A stretch of DNA of 42,148 nucleotides from a virus (taxonomy: Duplodnaviria; Caudoviricetes): positions 1 to 42,148 of the IMG/VR virus record IMGVR_UViG_3300011337_000502. The stretch is one strand, 5' to 3'. Position 1 is the first letter of the stretch. Every line of letters begins with the position of its first letter. Under the pieces are notes generated by a model. It was not told the origin of the DNA. It saw only the letters and a program-made list of their open reading frames with translations, and made no database searches. Below, piece by piece: positions 38,930 through 42,148 of the stretch. Position numbers and translations under genes: made by a program.

Positions 38930-41377
38930 ATGGGAATAACGATAACAAATAGCGGTCAGGGTTCGGTAGTAAGATTTAGAAATCTAGGTCGAGGTGGAGT
39001 TATGACGTCTACTAAGCTCCCTTCATTTTTATTACTAGACACTTACTCCGGCGCAGCTGCTGCGTACTCTTTGAGAAAGCTCTCTTATACCTATACTGGA
39101 GCTGCAATTAGAGTTAGAAGAAGCTCGGACAACGCTGAAACAAACATAGGATTCGTAAACAATAATTTAGATACAGTTTCTTTGCTAGCTTTTTGTGGAG
39201 CAGGAAGCGGATTTGTTACCGTTTGGTACGATCAAAGCGGTAATGCGAGAAACGCTGTCCAAGAAACTACAACTAATCAACCAACTATTGTATCGCTTGG
39301 AGTTTTACAAGTTGTCAATGATAAAGCGTCAATTAAATTTATCAGCTCTAGTTTCACAAGATTAACGCTTTCTGGTATTTTAAGCGGAAATCAACAACGA
39401 ACACAGATTGCAGTATATAGACCAACCGTTACAAGTGGAGTTTTAGGAGTATTCGGTCAAGGAACTGACCCAAATATAGGTAAATGGTCGTATATTCAAG
39501 CAAGAAGCGGAGTCGCAGCAGGAGATCCGTATTTTGCAGGGTATAACGCGGATCTAGGAAATGGTTTATCAGTTATGAATACGGATGCAAAAATTGGTAC
39601 ATTTTTATACAACGGATCAACAGGTTATTTATGGAAAAATAATACGCAACTAGCCTCAGGAAGTTTAGTGTTAAATACTTCCGGATCAGAGGTAGTTCAA
39701 ATAGGAATGTCAGGGAGATCTGGATTTTTTGAACCAATGGAAGGATTTATTAACGAGTGTATTTTATATGCGTCAAATCAATTGTCAAATATATCAGGAA
39801 TCAACTCAAATATAAATTCATACTATTCAATTTATACTCCTACGTGGCAAGGTAATGGAACAGCTTTATTAGATCTATATCCAAATGCTGCTGCGGCTTA
39901 CAGTTTGCGAAACCTATCTTCCACCTATACCGGTCCGCTAGTTAGAGTAAGAAGAAGTTCAGATAATACTGAACAAGATATTTATGGAACGCTTGCTGGA
40001 GTATTAGATACAACCGCATTAACTACTTTTTGCGGAGTAGGAAACGGATTTATTGTAAGATGGTATGACCAAAGTGGGAATGGCAGGGACGTTTTAGGAT
40101 CTACTTCAGGGACTGCTTTACAACCTAAAATCGTCACATCAGGTGTTATAGAAACAATTAACTCTAAACCAGCTATTTTAGCAAATGGTATAGACCAGAT
40201 GTTGATAAATCAAGGCATAACTAATCAATATGCTGTACCTGTATTGCATTCAATGTTTGCAGTAGCTAATAAAGGAGTTCAAACAACAAACGCAGCAACT
40301 ACGCCAAGACCAATTTTTGCTGGTATAGACGGAATTACAAATGGTATTTCATATTTAGGAACTGCTTATTCAGGTAGTGCGAATCAAAACAAATACTATG
40401 TCGGTATAATTGGAGGTGGAACTATTATAAATTCAGTTGATTGGAATGATGGTAATACTATATTAGCATATAATAAAATGACTGGAGGAAGCGGAGCGGT
40501 TGTAGGAATTAATGGTAATAGCACAACTGGCAGCTTAGTTAATATAACAACAGCAACAAATTATATTGGGATATTTGGAAATTTTGGAGAACCTCCAAGA
40601 AGATTTTCAGGAAAAATACCTGAATTAATCTTATATGCATCAGACCAAACATCGAACAGAACAGCAATAGAAACAAACATAAACTCATATTATTCAATTT
40701 ATACCGCGCCTACCGTAGTAACAACAGGACTAGTACTAAGCCTAGATGCAGGAAACGTAGCATCTTATCCGGGATCAGGAACTACTTGGACCGATACGGT
40801 ACAATCTAAAACGTTTACGTTATATGGAAGTCCTACGTATAATTCCGCAAATGGAGGATACCTAACTTTTGATCCAGCTAGCTCGCAATACGCAGAGAGC
40901 TCAACTAGTTTAACAAGTAGTTTAGGATCATACACCATAGAAGCATGGCACTATTATACTGGAGGAAACACGGGCGGCAATCCTTGTATTGTTACGGAAG
41001 TTTTCCCAGGATCAACGTCTAAAATAAATTATAGTTTGGGTTTTAACACCACTACTACTGGAGTGCAAAGCGGATTCTACGATGGTACATGGAGATCAAC
41101 GCCAGCACAAATTCTAACTACAAACACTTGGAATCACATAGTAGGAACTTACGATGGAACGACTGTTAAGCTATACGTCAATAACTCACTAGCTCAAAGC
41201 AGTGCGGTAACCGCAATTCCAGTTAGCTCGCAAGGCGGAATAAGACTTATGCGTCGTTGGGATAGCGGTGATTATTGGAAAGGAAATCTAGCGATAGTGC
41301 GTATGTATACAGGATCTTTAGATTCAACGCAAATAGCTCAAAACTTTAACGCACAAAGATCAAGATTCGGACTATAA
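38930..41377 (+). CDS. Paralogous receptor-binding protein, two ConA-like domains + C-terminal LamG-like domain
   Basis: Two repeats, then GLVLSLDAGN..SYPGSGTTW...WNHIVGTYDG..KLYVN...QNFNAQRSRFGL. Confidence 0.8.
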   Translation: MGITITNSGQGSVVRFRNLGRGGVMTSTKLPSFLLLDTYSGAAAAYSLRKLSYTYTGAAIRVRRSSDNAETNIGFVNNNLDTVSLLAFCGAGSGFVTVWYDQSGNARNAVQETTTNQPTIVSLGVLQVVNDKASIKFISSSFTRLTLSGILSGNQQRTQIAVYRPTVTSGVLGVFGQGTDPNIGKWSYIQARSGVAAGDPYFAGYNADLGNGLSVMNTDAKIGTFLYNGSTGYLWKNNTQLASGSLVLNTSGSEVVQIGMSGRSGFFEPMEGFINECILYASNQLSNISGINSNINSYYSIYTPTWQGNGTALLDLYPNAAAAYSLRNLSSTYTGPLVRVRRSSDNTEQDIYGTLAGVLDTTALTTFCGVGNGFIVRWYDQSGNGRDVLGSTSGTALQPKIVTSGVIETINSKPAILANGIDQMLINQGITNQYAVPVLHSMFAVANKGVQTTNAATTPRPIFAGIDGITNGISYLGTAYSGSANQNKYYVGIIGGGTIINSVDWNDGNTILAYNKMTGGSGAVVGINGNSTTGSLVNITTATNYIGIFGNFGEPPRRFSGKIPELILYASDQTSNRTAIETNINSYYSIYTAPTVVTTGLVLSLDAGNVASYPGSGTTWTDTVQSKTFTLYGSPTYNSANGGYLTFDPASSQYAESSTSLTSSLGSYTIEAWHYYTGGNTGGNPCIVTEVFPGSTSKINYSLGFNTTTTGVQSGFYDGTWRSTPAQILTTNTWNHIVGTYDGTTVKLYVNNSLAQSSAVTAIPVSSQGGIRLMRRWDSGDYWKGNLAIVRMYTGSLDSTQIAQNFNAQRSRFGL

Positions 41378-41403
41378 AAACTAAAAACTAAAACAATAAA
41401 GAC

Positions 41404-41802
41404 ATGAACTACATCATCGTAAACCCATCAGAGACACTAACCTCAAAAGAGAGGTGCGAACTTTTCTCAAGGGAACTATTCAAAATCAGTAAGCCAGTAA
41501 ACCAACCAGACGACGTGTCAATGTATCTTTTTGGGTGGATCAACAAAGAAGACCTTTACGCTCTTCAAGTAGACCTCGAATACTCTATCTACGTACATCC
41601 AGAAAAGGACCTAACAGCACTAATATCTCTATTGAATCCCGCAGCTACTGCTGAGGAGATCTCAATAATAACTCAATCAATAGACGGAGCGAGCCACATT
41701 CCATTTGGAGAAATCTTACCTTCTTATGTTCAAGTAAAAACAAAAGAAGAATTAGAAGCAGACGGATGGTTTCCCGCTTTAGAAGATTTACCACAAGCTT
41801 AA
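41404..41802 (+). CDS. Hypothetical protein, possible fibre-associated/assembly protein
   Basis: 132-aa acidic ORF directly after the lectin-domain genes. Confidence 0.6.
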   Translation: MNYIIVNPSETLTSKERCELFSRELFKISKPVNQPDDVSMYLFGWINKEDLYALQVDLEYSIYVHPEKDLTALISLLNPAATAEEISIITQSIDGASHIPFGEILPSYVQVKTKEELEADGWFPALEDLPQA

Positions 41803-41812
41803 TTAATATACC

Positions 41813-42148
41813 ATGCCAATATTTCAGAAAAGAAGTTTAGTCGCAGGAGTACTCCCAACTACTGCATCGCTCTTAGCAGGAGAGTTAGGAATAAATGTTC
41901 CTGACGGTAGAGTCTTTTTAAGAAAGTCCGGATCAGGATCGGACACGATACAGTCTGCGATAACTACTGGAGCTCAAAACTCTGGATCTGTAGTATTGAG
42001 CGGATCATTAACGATTTTCTCTACCTCTGGAAGCGCCTTATCTGTAGCGAGCGATACCTTAGAGTTTAACGGAGACCAGATGGAGTTTACTGGATCCTTT
42101 TCTGTTTCTGGATCCACTACTATTATAGGTAGGTTAGCTGCCAATGAT
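41813..42148 (+). CDS. Tail fibre protein, 5' part (truncated by window end)
   Basis: MPIFQKRSLVAGVLPTTASLLAGELGINVPDGRVF resembles the T4 gp37-type N-terminus (FKRS..AG..P....L..GELAIN..D). The frame is open to the window end. Confidence 0.75.
   Translation, partial: MPIFQKRSLVAGVLPTTASLLAGELGINVPDGRVFLRKSGSGSDTIQSAITTGAQNSGSVVLSGSLTIFSTSGSALSVASDTLEFNGDQMEFTGSFSVSGSTTIIGRLAAND

Noticed and set aside
35579-41377. Diversity-generating retroelement TR/VR pair
   Set aside because: The repeats are all coding and differ mainly at synonymous positions rather than only at adenines. No reverse transcriptase is in the window.

Overview
A 42 kb segment of a large, AT-rich, T4-like (gp17/20/21/22/23-type) dsDNA tailed phage. 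All credible genes are on the + strand and use the standard code. The host is probably a Bacteroidota: genes lack Shine-Dalgarno leaders, a TAnnTTTG element precedes the primase, and one signal peptide follows the Q-rule. Gene order: primase and a fused Mre11-Rad50 (gp47-gp46) nuclease; a late-expressed block of small modular proteins and enzymes (an 826-aa triple nucleotidyl-transfer protein, HExxH peptidase, ferritin/Dps-like, HiPIP-like, Zn-ribbon and PD-(D/E)xK-like proteins); GH19 endolysin and a spanin-like pair; terminase, portal, core proteins, prohead protease, scaffold and major capsid; PhoH; neck genes with an inserted HNH endonuclease; and tail fibre/receptor-binding genes. The most notable inferred system is a set of probable capsid-cargo polyproteins whose domains are joined by (L/I/V)-x-E linkers matching T4 gp21 protease specificity. 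Also noted: an ATATTTAT late-promoter-like motif, several structured non-coding RNA candidates, an unannotated 42-aa basic ORF, an in-frame TGA splitting one gene, and a mosaic array of six lectin-like domains. All family assignments come from motif recognition by eye; no database search was run.
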